From the NCBI GenBank assembly GCA_965112155.1, contig OZ218101.1: a stretch of DNA of 64,000 nt. One strand, given 5' to 3'. Each line of letters begins with the position of its first letter. Position 1 is the stretch's first letter. Source of the stretch: Podarcis liolepis. Lineage: Eukaryota. Shown piece after piece: positions 49,768-62,093 of this stretch. The notes under the pieces are model-generated. The model ran no database searches. It had not been told where the DNA came from and saw only the letters and a list, made by a program, of their open reading frames with translations. Made by a program: the position numbers and the translations under genes.

Positions 49768-50297
49768 CTGCCAATTGTGTGTCAGGCATCAGTGTGAAAG
49801 AACCATATGTGCATGGGCATGGAGGATTCCATACACCTGTCCATCAATACATATGGAGGGACCTTTCACACTGATGTGAAGACATCTTTGTGGGGTGTGT
49901 GGCTAGCATGCAGATGGAGTGTTGGGGGACATAGCTAGCGGGAGTGAACCTGATCGCCTATTCACCCATTCAGGAACATGGAATGCTCTTGACCTGAATA
50001 CCCTCTATAACTGAAAACGGAAGTGTTGTTTGGGGGGGGGGAGGCTCAGAGGGACTTTATATTAGATGAAAAATATATAAACACTTAGGTTGTTGTGGAC
50101 ATCCTATTCCAGGAATATAGGCTTACAAACTTACATGTTTCAGCAGAGAACCACCCACAGCAGGTCCACAGAAGTAGGTTATTGGTCTTGGAAGTGGCCA
50201 ATACAGAATTAGCTATAAGCAAGAGGACCCAAGGAATCCCCTATGGTTGAGGGGGAGGAAATAGATTTTTGGCCTGGTGAGGAACAGGATATAATTA

Positions 50298-50539
50298 CAG
50301 TGGTACCTCGGGTTACATACACTTCGGGTTACATATGCTTCAGGTTACAGACTTCACTAACCCAGAAATAGTACCTCGGGTTCAGAACTTTGCTTCAGGA
50401 TGAGAACAGAAATCGTGCGGTGGTGGCACGGCAGCAGCGGGAGGCCCCATTAGCTAAAGTGGTGCTTCAGGTTAAGAACAGTTTCAGGCTAAGAACAGAC
50501 CTCCGGAACAAATTAAGTACGTAACCAGAGGTACCACTG
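50298..50539 (+). mobile_element. Tc1/mariner-pogo MITE, copy 4
   Basis: cagtggtacctcgggtta...taaccagaggtaccactg; TA TSD. Confidence 0.92.
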
Positions 50540-52136
50540 TATACCTCTTCCCCTAACTTCCCCAAGAAGTATACACAGAGAAAAATTGTGTCTTTTTTTG
50601 TTCATGGATTTTTTTACTCTGCCCTCCAACAGCTTCCTGGAGCAGCTGTGTGTTGCAGTTCTAACACCAATACATAAGGGGTCTATAGAAAGGAATAATT
50701 ATTGCCTTATACAGTAATTGTCCTTGTATGGGGGAGGGGAGAGACCGGAGCCCCTGTTTGCCAAAACCACCTGACAATAGGGTGATAGAGTATTTACTGA
50801 TCTGTCATCTTCTGTCACACAAGCAATTTATCTCAGCCTGATTTTTTTGGGGGGGGGTGTACAGGAATCTATGCATTCAGGATGTTTCCCCCAATTGGCT
50901 TATGCAACATTTTGCTGCAGGTGTGTAGAACTGGGCTCCCTCCAGATTTAGTTGGACTTGAATTCCTATCCGTTTTGGCCAGCATGGTCAATGGTCAGGG
51001 ACTGTGTTTTACAATCTTTTCTCCACAAATGTTACTGACAATTCTTAATGAAGTTACATAAACCCAAGTTCCCTCTCTCATCTTCCCATGCTGTCTTCCC
51101 CACCATTTTCTCTACAATGTTTCAGTCCAACAATCTTGCTTGTCATTAGTTCCCGGGAATGAGTGTTTCATCCTGAATTTGTATCAGGTAAATGCTTAAA
51201 TGTTCTCTTTAAAACAAGCATCCAATAGAGGTCTCTAGTTAAATCACACCAAATCCTAAATTAGTCTTTGATTTTTGCTAATTTGGGGGAGATTAAACTA
51301 CCACCAGCAGACTTTCAAGGTGAGAGAATTATAAAGTCCTTTCATGTGTATCTAGTTAGAGGAAAGGGGAAATGGAAGGATTATTAATTTCCCGCAGCCA
51401 ACTAATTAGTACTCATTTGATAGAAAGGAAATGATGGTTAAGAATTTACCTGTTCTTACTTTAGTGGCTAATAGCTTGCCATCAGCAGCATTCTGGTACA
51501 ATAGATTTAATTTATGGGCTGGAATTGCACAACAAATAAAAGGTCTCTTGGGCCCTGTAAATAAAGGCCTGAATAGATGAAATAGGTGCAATAAACACTA
51601 TTCCCCTGGCTAAGAGAGCCTGCTACAATTACTTAATTTTAACCAGGATGAGAGCCGATAGACACAACAATGAACTGCAACAGAATTTGAAAGCTTTATG
51701 GAATGTGCTGCAGCGGTAAATGAAATACTGCAATAGCAAGATAGAGATGGCGTAAGATGAAACTGCAGTAAAATGCAGTGCATTCTGAAGCCTATGGGAA
51801 GAACAAAGGAAAAGTAAATATGCAAAACTGTTCTGATTAAGAATGTTAATGTTCACAGTGTGTGTGGTGGGGCAGAGCAGCAGAATCACCCACCTGACAT
51901 CAGATTGGTGCCACATGGCACTGACCTTGCCACCACCTTGTCCCAAGCAGGTAAGCAGCCACTACCTAGGACTGCCCTACTGCTACTAGCATTGGTACGT
52001 GTATGAATATGGTCACAAGCCAATAGATAAAATAATTTTAACATAGTTAATATTGACAAACTAATGTAAGAGCATGGAAGAAAAGGGCCTAACTGTAAGT
52101 GGGCATTGATTTCCACCAGTCAGAAGGATGCTAATC

Positions 52137-52314
52137 GGAAGGGAAATGGCTAGAGTTCAGTTGCATGCAGAAGGTACCTGATTCAGTGTGCTCTCTAGGG
52201 AGGACTAGAGATGTCCTCTGCCTGAAACCCTGGAGAGCCAAGGCCAGTCAGTGTGGATAACCCTGAGCTAGGTGAACAAATGGTCTAAGTATAAGGCAGC
52301 TTCCTGTTCTTCCT
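52137..52314 (+). mobile_element. Old tRNA-derived SINE
   Basis: tgcatgcagaaggtacc...gcctgaaaccctggagagcc...ctgagctaggtgaac...tataaggcagcttcct. Confidence 0.7.
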
Positions 52315-52387
52315 GTCTCCTTCCTAAACGAAAAGGAGGACAAAGTTCCTGTGCCTGTTTTATATGTTTTATAGTTTGATTTATAGA

Positions 52388-52806
52388 CTAGGATTCCCCA
52401 CCACCAGTTTTCATATTAGTTTTCCACATTTCCACATCAGTTTGGGAATTGTTCCAAAAGTCCTCATGAAAATTCACCAGTATTTTAGTCTGAATTTCTC
52501 TTAATATACACATTTGCATAAGCACTGTTGCCTAATGCACACATGTTGTTGTTTTTACAAAGTATTTGCCCCCTAATAGGGTGCATTTTATTATGCTATT
52601 TTCCCCAATAATGCATTTTTATGCACACTTTTCCCTAGAATATGCATGTTTGTGCCCTTTACCTGTCTGGAGAACTACATTACAAAATTCAAGAAAGTGT
52701 GAATTTTGAAGGGTGGCTGTGTTTCAGTATGTGCCTTGTTTCAAAAATTGTGAATTGGGTGGGTTTGCCTTTAAACTGAACTAAATCTCTCCCTTGCCCT
52801 CCCTAG
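52388..52806 (-). mobile_element. Old non-autonomous DNA transposon (hAT-like) with AT-rich internal repeats
   Basis: Repeated (c)taatatacacattt / aatgcatttt units ending tctcccttgccctccctag; related decayed segments at ~35750-35970 and ~63935-63975. Confidence 0.55.
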
Positions 52807-55800
52807 TTTTAATCTTAACTTCTGGAGCTCAACAAGTTGAACCAAGACTGGCCTAAACTGTTGTAGAACCATACAAATCTATTTGCATTTTGCTGTCCTA
52901 AATCTGGCATGTACTTTCCACGGGCAAATGCCTAAATCTACTGTGCATTCTCTCTTAAAACTATTCACTGTGTCTCTCGTATTTAAAGAGTGCTTGCAAC
53001 TCTTCCAACACTGTAAGAGTATTTAACCACTCAAAAGTCAACACCTCCAATCAGTTTTCTGGCTTTTATCCTTGATCAGTAATGTTAATATGAAGACTCA
53101 GTCTCTTTTCATGGCCAGATATCATATGTTTGGAATTTGGCTCAAATTTAAATATGAATTTTCAGCTGTCTCCATCCCCCCCTTTGGTTCTTTGCTGTTT
53201 TGTCTCTGCTGTCACCAATAAGATTTATGTTGTATCACCTTCATTCCCTGGAATGCAGAATGTCCTGCATACCCATTTCTCTCACACAGGGAGTGAAACG
53301 CCCTCATCCAGCACAAATCCACCTTTCCACTTAACTCATGTATTGGATCTAAATGCACCACGCATAAAAATAAGCCACTCCTCAGAGCTGCAAGAAGAAT
53401 GATAGCTCTGAACAATCAATCATAGATTTTTAAAAAATCTTTCATTTTGCAATGGTTCTTCTTAACACAGGTTTTATATTTCTTCCTGCTAAGATATTCA
53501 AGCACTTTTCTCCCTGCAATAATGGTTCATTAACTTCATTTACATCCCATGATAAATTTTATCAGTGCCTTAAAGTTTTACATCATAACTATTCAGCACG
53601 GCTAATGCTATACATTTTCTAACAGGCACAAAGTTCTTTACTTGGGGATTTATTTGTGTATAGAATGTGGATTTCTACAGTTAACTCTTTCATGTGTCTT
53701 CATGTTCGAAAAAGAGAGGGGCATTGATTTTTAGCTGCATGTTTTAACTGAGACTTCCTTTGGAGCAGCGTCAAATATTTATCAAGAGTGCATCTAGTGA
53801 CAATAAAGCAAACTGACTAATATATCATCATATTGATCATATCATTTATGTAGCTTATATGTGGTTGTGGTGTTAGGATGCTCAACACTGTTGTCCACCT
53901 GCACAAAGTATGAGTAGCATGGTGTTTCCTATGGAAGCACCTGTGCTATAGAACTGTTGAGAACTGGCTAGCTCTTTTGACATATAAGGTTAGAGATGTT
54001 AAGGACGTGGACATGGCCTCTAAATAAATTTCTAATTGGCTACCTAGAGCACTGACATTAGAAATGGAACTGTCCTCACTTTTGGTCCATACAACAATTT
54101 ATCACCATGAAGGGACTTTTAAAAAAAATCTCAGATTCGCATAAAAATATGAGGCTTCACACTATCTTTTTAGAACCTTGCAGAACTCTGTATAGGCTCT
54201 GAAACCCAGAATTCAGCTCAGATGGGCAACATGTAACTAGCTAAGTTTGACTGGGGTTTTTTTATTTCATAATCTCTGGTGCAATTAGTGTGTTCCATTT
54301 CCTCACTAAATTCCTCACTAAAAACTTCCCCGTGTATGAAGACTGCATGATTCTTAAGCTCCCTTCCCATATACATGCATCTGACACTTATTATATAGCT
54401 TTCAGCAAATGATGAAGACACGTCTTTTTCAGACACTTGAGATGTGTTTTCAGAACCCACAGATTCCTGCTTTTGTAATTTAACTGTTTTTAATTCCAAT
54501 TTTTAAACTGTTGTAACCCACCCTGGGACCTGCTGATGAAGGACATGTAAATAATAATAATGATACCATCTGTTCTGAGGATATTTCATAAAGTTTTGTT
54601 AATATTTGTGTACACAAGGCATTGGGAAAGTAAATTCAATGATTCCCTCTATCCATTTATTTTTCCTAGAGCTGGGCTGAAGGGATGGGTCTTTGCTAGT
54701 CAGGTTCAGAAAACACCACAAAATTCAGGACAGCTTATGGTGCGTCAGGAGCTTCTGCCTCCCTGGTAGCAGTCTAGCCTAATTATTTTTGGGGAGAACC
54801 CTTACGCAAAAAGGAAAAAGCCAGGGGGGAAATCCCTGACCCCAAATCCATCACAGATTGCAGCATTATTTCTGGAAGTAGAGGAACATCAGCTGAATCT
54901 CTGGTAAGAATCTGCCCTATGGAACAAAGCTATGAAATGTTGATTGTTGAAAGCATTGCATGGCTCAGTCAAGATGCTAATTCAACAGGAAATGAAAGCA
55001 AGTCAAACAAAACAAATTGAATTGTGGACATCACCCATCTGATTGGATTTGAAGCTGATGGGTCATCAGAATATTACACTTTTGAGAACTATGACATAAT
55101 AGAGCACCAATATTCTGTAATCTGAAGTGGCTTTCCATGAATCAGTGCTTCCTTTAAATCTAGCTATTGCTTTGTGACACCAGGATGGAAACTTTCCAAA
55201 CAATTAAGAGGATGCACATACCTGTCACCACATGTTAGTATGTTTTGGAAGTCACCACATGGAAGCCATAATGCCCAGTGCCCAGCGATGGTGGGGTGAG
55301 AATGGGTACATTTTTCCATGGACCCAGAGCAACCGGTCTTTGGCTGCAAGCACATTACTATGAGGGGCAAAAGAGGCCAAAATGTAGAACATCCTTGAAC
55401 ATTTTTGCAATATTGTATCTATAAGGTGTTGTTTTATTTAGTATTTTCATGTTCACTGGGCCACCAAGTTGAAGATAGGAGAGCAGAAATCCTGAACATT
55501 TTGGGAAATGGGGCAAGAAAGATGGGAAGGGATGATCAATTTGAGGGAGGGGTGTTAATGGCAGTTTTAATATAGTAATGATATTTATTTCAATTGAGGT
55601 GTTTAGAAGAAAATGTCGCTTTTACCCTTTGAGAGAAGTGTGCTAACTGTATTTCATGACACCTCCACAAAATGAGACAGCTGCTCTGATCAGCATGATG
55701 CTACCATATTGTAAAAATGATGATTCAGATGCAGGTCTTGATATATTGCTCCTAAATGCTGCAGTCCCACAGCTACCATCGCTTTTGCTACTTATGGGCA

Positions 55801-57483
55801 AACACAAGAATAAATTACTGATGCTGCTTTGGGGAAACCATTGTAACTTGAGTGTTGACATCCTATTTATCCCCTGTTGAGAAAAGAGGTATTTCCTAGT
55901 ATTTTGTGTATTGAAATGATGAATTATAACTGTTAAGCAAAAATGTAATGCATATGTTCCAGCTACCTAGCAGACAAATTACCATTATGCTATGTGAGTA
56001 ATACTTTATAAACCCATTTGTCACGCAGGATAGGTGTCATATACAATCTGATTCACTGTGTTTAATATATTAAGTAAAACTTACTCTGGTGGTTTTTTTC
56101 ACCTTCCCCCAGTGGCTAGGGGCTCACTGAAAAGTATTTTCTCTTTCCCTAAAAGTAGTTGATGTCTCTGGATGTTTGCAAGCGGAAATACGAGGCTATC
56201 CTTCATTTTTAATTGGCACTGGGAACCTGGCTTCTAGCTTTTCAAACAATTCGCAGTAAATGCAATATTACCTTTGCAAATGCAATGTGGCTTTATATGC
56301 CTTAAATAAATGCAACATGCCAATTTCTTGGCAGGTGTGTGTGTCACGTACCAAGTAGCACAGGGACCTACAGACAGAAAGGGGGAAATCAACTGATGCA
56401 AGCTGGGGGGAGGATCACACTAAAGCCTATGCAATGACTAACCACTTTCCCCTCATATTGCCATTCTTCCTGGCTATGAGACAATAATGATTCTATTCAT
56501 TCTGAACATTTGAGATGGAGTGGTTAAATACTCAAGCACACCTGCTTGATTTCGAATAGCCCCAATTCCAGATGGACACAAACTCTTCATGAGCAAACCT
56601 TTTCCCCAAATTGGCAATGGTTCTCCATCACATGCTGGCTGCTATCACTGCTACTTATCACCCATCTCCTCCATCCATATGCTAGGGGAACCTAACCCTG
56701 AAGAAGGTTAAGGTAATAGCAGGTGGCAAAAATCTCCATCAGCACAAGAGAGATACCCCAATGGTAGCTGATATACATGAGTGTATTTTCCTACATCCTC
56801 TTCTCACAGTAGCCACCCAGGTGCTTGTGGAAAGTCTGCAAGCAGCACCTGGGTGAAATAGGTTTCCCACAACTAGTATTAAGAAGCCTGCTGTCCAGTC
56901 GTAGAAAGCTTTCCATGTAGAAAATGGGTGGTGAGTTAAAGAAGCCCTTCAGATGAGCACACACCACAGTTCTCCATGCAACCTCAGAATGCTAGTGTAA
57001 AATATATATTTTTCCCTTCCCCTGCCTCCGAAAAGCTATCACAACAGGAAGGGAACTGGGTTTATATTAATTGTGCAGCGTCACTTTGAAACAAATGTGA
57101 TCCCCTGCACGGATTATGAAGTGGAATAATTGCATTGAGTCTTCAAATATGTTCTGAACAGCCATCCAAGAAGTCAGAGTGCCTTATTACAAAGCAGGTT
57201 GTTCTGTTGGATCTTCCTCTCCATTTTAGCATCGCCATTGAGGTCCAAATTGAAAATCACAGCACTAATGAGACGGAGCATCTGTTCTGAACTCTCAACT
57301 CTTTGTTCTCAGCAGAATGCCTTCCCATCACAATCTTTCTCTGTGGTCCTGACTGCAACAGAGAAGCTTCTCATTTGTATCAGTGTTTCTAAATACGATT
57401 CAACAGAACTTCCATGGAGCTGACTATCAACCTGCTATGCAGACGGCTGCAACCCTGGTATTTATATAATATATATACTATTT

Positions 57484-57950
57484 TATTGCTGCACTCGATA
57501 GCTGAGCAGTGAGAGATTCTTGCAGTTCTAGCCCTTACCCGTGGTTTGGATTCCTTGGAACGAAGGACAATGGAAACTGTGGTGACTTTTGGATATATGA
57601 ATTTATTTACCCTATATACAATGTGAGCATAGGATGGAGGGGCTCAGAGCATTAACATACCAATGGTTCTTGTCTCCCCATCAGATTTCCAGGGAAGCCC
57701 CAAGCCACAACTCTGGGACAAGCACAGACAATACAAGTCTCTATGTTTCCAGGTTCCACCATTAGTGAAAACATATGTACACAAGTTTAGCTAGTTTTAT
57801 TCTACCATACAAGGTAATGTCACTCCAACTAGGTGAGGTGGGGGAAGACGGCTACCCCAATTTGTCTGTATGAGGGCAATCTCTTTAGACATGTAAATAG
57901 CCAGCTAAGGTCATTATCTTACAAAAAACCCTGGTCTGATCGGTTCAACA
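57484..57950 (-). mobile_element. Candidate solo LTR
   Basis: Ends tattg (from tgttg)...caaca with weak inverted similarity; 4-bp TSD attt (57480-57483 / 57951-57954); minus-strand AATAAA (tttatt) at ~57602. Confidence 0.5.
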
Positions 57951-58844
57951 ATTTTTTCTACTAGATTCTAAGTCTCACTGGATACAGAATCACAGACCTG
58001 GAAGGGACTTATATCACAGCTGAGGAAGCTGAGAGTATACTGGTTTGCCAAAAGCTACCCAATGAAAGCTAAACTGATATTTGAAATGGAGATTCCAGAG
58101 TCCATTAACTCCAGTACTCCAGTCCTGTTCTGGCTAGACTCTGAGCTCCCATGATGAATTACAGTTGTGATGCCTATTCACTGGGTGGTGTAGTGGCAGT
58201 GTCATCAAGTTCAGGCTTTGGATGGTAAACTGAAAGAAAACTTGGACAGAGTCTTGGTGAGCAAGGACTAACACATAATGAAGAATTGGGTTAATGATAG
58301 GTAGAGTTGTTCAGGACCATGGATAGAGCATTGGATGGAAATTTCTCACTTCTGCTGACCCTCTTCCTAGTCAGTAATAACCATCAATTGTGGTGATAGG
58401 TGTAGATTTAGGCCCATCACCAGGAACTGTCTTTGGAGCTGCTTCTGAAGAGAGCCCAGGTACCTATGTAGCTGATGAAAAACCCCACCCCAAAGTACGA
58501 CATATATCTCCAGATAGAGCAATAGCAAATGAATCAAAAGTATGGTATCCATTGTGCAAAGAAATAAAAAGGCAACAGGGTCATTTCACACTTGAAAAAC
58601 CTTTCTGCATATTGCCTTGACTTTGAAATTTTTCAAAGAGTTCATGCTCGGAATAACACTGTCTTCCAATGGCTCAAAGCCAGCATGCATATTAGCAACA
58701 GTGAAGGTGGTGGGAAGATTGCAGAGAACATGGATGGGAGGAGAAAGGAGAGCTAAGTTCCACCATGGGGGGTGCATGCCTGCTGCTGTGAATGAAAATA
58801 ACCACAAATCTCATGGAAAAGAAGTGGAATAAAAACAAGTAGTG

Positions 58845-58990
58845 GGAACAGGTCACAATTGCTCAGTCAGTAGACTTGATCCCAGGGTTGTGGGTTTGGG
58901 GCTCGCATTGGGTAAAAGTTTCCTGCACTGCAGAGGATTGGACTAGTTGGTCCTCATGGTTCCTTCCAATTCTACAATTCTATGGCTCTA
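58845..58990 (+). mobile_element. Short tRNA-derived SINE with CR1-type tail
   Basis: gctcagtcagtaga...ggttgtgggtt head; ttggactagttggtcctcatggttccttccaattctacaattctatg CR1-like 3' end. Confidence 0.65.
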
Positions 58991-60083
58991 CGATTGTATG
59001 AAAACCCATGTATGGTTTTGTAAATGTAAAAATACTGCTATAATGCTACCATCTAAGTGTATCCTTTCTGTGCAAAAGAAAGTGGTGGGTTTTTGTTTTG
59101 TTCTTTGCTCTGTAGCCATCAGATCAAAGATAAATGTCTTCCAAGCATTTCAGGTATGCCGGGGGGGGGGGGAATCCATTCATTTCAGCACTGTTTTGAC
59201 TCACAAACTATGCCATTTCAGGGCTGAAATGGTTCAGCTATAACTGTTTCCACCAACCCCTTAGTTAAACATGTATTTCAAAGGGGTTTTTTGTTTTGTT
59301 TGTTTTTTAACCACCAGATTAATATGGAACTAGAGTGGAATGAAACTAGGACTAAAACATGTGAAAGGACCAAAAACAAACATATCCACTTGTCACTGTG
59401 TTTGGGATTCTGTTGACGTTTCTTCATTTTACTCAGTCCACACACGAGCAAAGGCTCCCATGCAACTCAGTTTTTTCAACTTCTGCTTTTTCTATCCTTG
59501 GCACTTTTTTTCTGGTAATGCAATGTGGCAGCTAAAAAGCACAAGGGGGATGGGTATATTTTTTAAGGTCCCTTGTACAACCTGTTTCCTGAAATGAAGC
59601 ACTCAGTTTTTCAATTCCAGCCTTCAAAAGAGCTGCTGTCACAAAAGAAACCTGATCTAAATAAAAAATGATTTGCCTGTTCTGTTTGTGAGTTGAATTT
59701 TGGACGTGCGTGTAGCTTAGGGCAGATGGACAGTTGGTGGGATAAACTTCAAGTGCAAGCTGTCAAGTGATGTCAGAATCTGGCGAGCTCAAGCCAGAGT
59801 TCCAACAAGAAGCTGGATCTCAAGTTGCTGTTTGCTACTAAGCATTTGTACTTCCTTAAGTAAACCTCCCGCTATGGTGATCTAAGAACTAAAGATTTTC
59901 AAATGCTGCATGCTGCAGTGTGACTATTCCAGTGCACAGCGAGAGCCAAAGAGCTTGTTATTTAGTGTTCAGGCTTCTGATATCACCTTCTTAGCCTTCT
60001 CTTCCTCATTACCAGATCTGGAAATGATCTGGGTGCCCTTTGTAAATGATTATTTTTCTTTTAGTATGACCGCTTTTCAAGAC

Positions 60084-60366
60084 TAGGGTGGCCACTTGCG
60101 CATTATGCAAAAAAGAGGACAAAAGACAGTGCATATTTGCATATGATTTGCATATGCTTTTATGTACAGAGATGCCAATTTAGAAAATACTACTATAACT
60201 TAAGTGGAAATTTAATACATTATCATACTGAGGAATGACCCTATGTGCCTGTTCAGTGTGTTGTTCAGGTGCTAACTACTGATGGAAAACTGTAAACTTT
60301 ATTTACATTGGACATCACTTCAAATAGGGGAGTATCCTTTGTAAAGGAGGACACATAGTCATCTTC
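60084..60366. mobile_element. Decayed hAT (Blackjack-like) non-autonomous element
   Basis: tagggtggccac...gaggaca left end; gaggacacatagtcatctt right end. Confidence 0.5.
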
Positions 60367-61641
60367 CTGCTGACATATGGTTAAGGGCTCAGTTCTGCTG
60401 CATACATTTCGTGTAAATGTAATAGGTGTCTTCTTTGTGACACTGGATTAGGCTATAACTGTGGATTATTGCAATTCATGGGTTGATATGCTAAGGTTGA
60501 CCCAACTTGAAAAGGGGGCTAAAATGCAATACAACATAATGTGTATAGTCAGGAACACAATGGTAGTCCTACGACTTGGCTATCAGGGCTTATCTGTGGA
60601 ATTCAAGAAATAATATAGAGTTGCTTTTGAACTTTTTCATTTCCTCTTGAGTTGATTTACTTACAATTAGTGATCAACTTGCTGCTTAAAACAGCAGACT
60701 GGAGCACCTAACTGTGAATGAATCTTCTTGTGAGTAGGTACTTAAGCCCTTATAAGCAGCCAGTTTTTTGAAGACCAGAGTTCTTTCCAAGCGTTGTAAG
60801 GAATATTGTAGGGAAGTTAATATAGCTTATATATCTTAATGACACCATCACGTCCTGGAAGTGAAGCCTGAGGACTAGTTCCACACATACAGTAGAAAAG
60901 GTGGCAAACTGGTAGTTCACATTCAACTAGAGAGTCCTGTATCATCTCATTTGGCTGCCTTAAGTCAACCAAGGTCAAAAGAAGGAGAATAAGGAGCATG
61001 AAAATCTGTGAAAGGGCCCATGGTGCTAATAGGCAGGTATTTCTATACTTTGCCTCCACAGCTGAAATGTCTTGCAGCTGAAATTGGTAATTGAAATGTC
61101 TTGTCAGGGTGTCCCTGGGAGCAATGTTCATATAATAATAGTGAACAGGCTTCTTGCAGACTGTGTTACCTCAACTGGTATTGTCTCTTCCTGAAAAGTG
61201 GGTGCTGTTCTGATGCGATTTACATGTAAAAAGCACATTCAATTAGGGCTGCGCTTTGAGAAATGTTCTATATCCATAACTTGTTAAGTACAGTAAAAAC
61301 CCAGTTATTATTCACAGCTGTTATTCCTTTTTATTATTTCTACAGCTATTGCACAGAGTGGAAAAATCCTTTACAATCCTATTTTTGCTATCCTTATCAC
61401 ACCATGGCCTGGATCAACAGTTCCAATGAACAAGAGCTTCCTTGTTCTCATTTATGAGCAGGGAGGCATGCTCATGGAGAGTTTTTCTTAGCCAAAATGA
61501 TAACAAGAAGCCCCTGACCATGCAATACTTTGAATCGTCCCCTATGCGTTATTTTCAAAGAGAGCATAAAAAGCCTCAGCATGCAATATTGTAGCAAGGC
61601 AAAATTAAAATGCCCAGACAGCCTCCACAATGTTGAAATGG

Positions 61642-61642
<1 letters not shown>

Positions 61643-61689
<47 letters not shown>
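61643..61689. repeat. (AC)n(AT)n compound microsatellite
   Basis: Directly visible. Confidence 0.97.
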
Positions 61690-62058
61690 ACAAATTTTAG
61701 ACTCCAATTTGTCCACATTGCACATCATCTTTGCCAAACTGTCACCTTTTTGAAAACAAGGAATAAGTGGTTATGCATTCCATCTGAAATTTGCTCCTTT
61801 AGGAACTGTGAAGTTGTGTCAAGTGACTCACTTACTTCATTTATTTCTCCCAAATAGCACAGTATGTTATTGCCTGTAGTAGGAAGACTTGGTTTCAAAA
61901 CTCTGCTCAGTTGTGTCAGTTATGGTTAGAAATTCAAACACCCTGATTAGAAAATTGCACACACTGTCCTCATCTCAAAAAGGATTCAATATGCACCGAA
62001 AGTGCAGCTCAAACAATGCTCAGAGGCCTTGGTTTCTTGAGAAATGTGATGGAGACAA

Positions 62059-62090
<32 letters not shown>
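62059..62090. repeat. (ATTG)n microsatellite, probably the tail of a minus-strand LINE remnant
   Basis: Followed by tttatataccgcccta, typical of a reversed L2-type tail. Confidence 0.85.

Positions 62091-62093
<3 letters not shown>

Noticed and set aside
515-50539. All four MITE copies in the same orientation
   Set aside because: The chance probability is 1 in 8, which is not significant.
58390-58620. Protein-like ORF (VDLGPSPGTVFGAASEESPG...)
   Set aside because: No recognisable family and no convincing splice sites; cannot be supported without a search.
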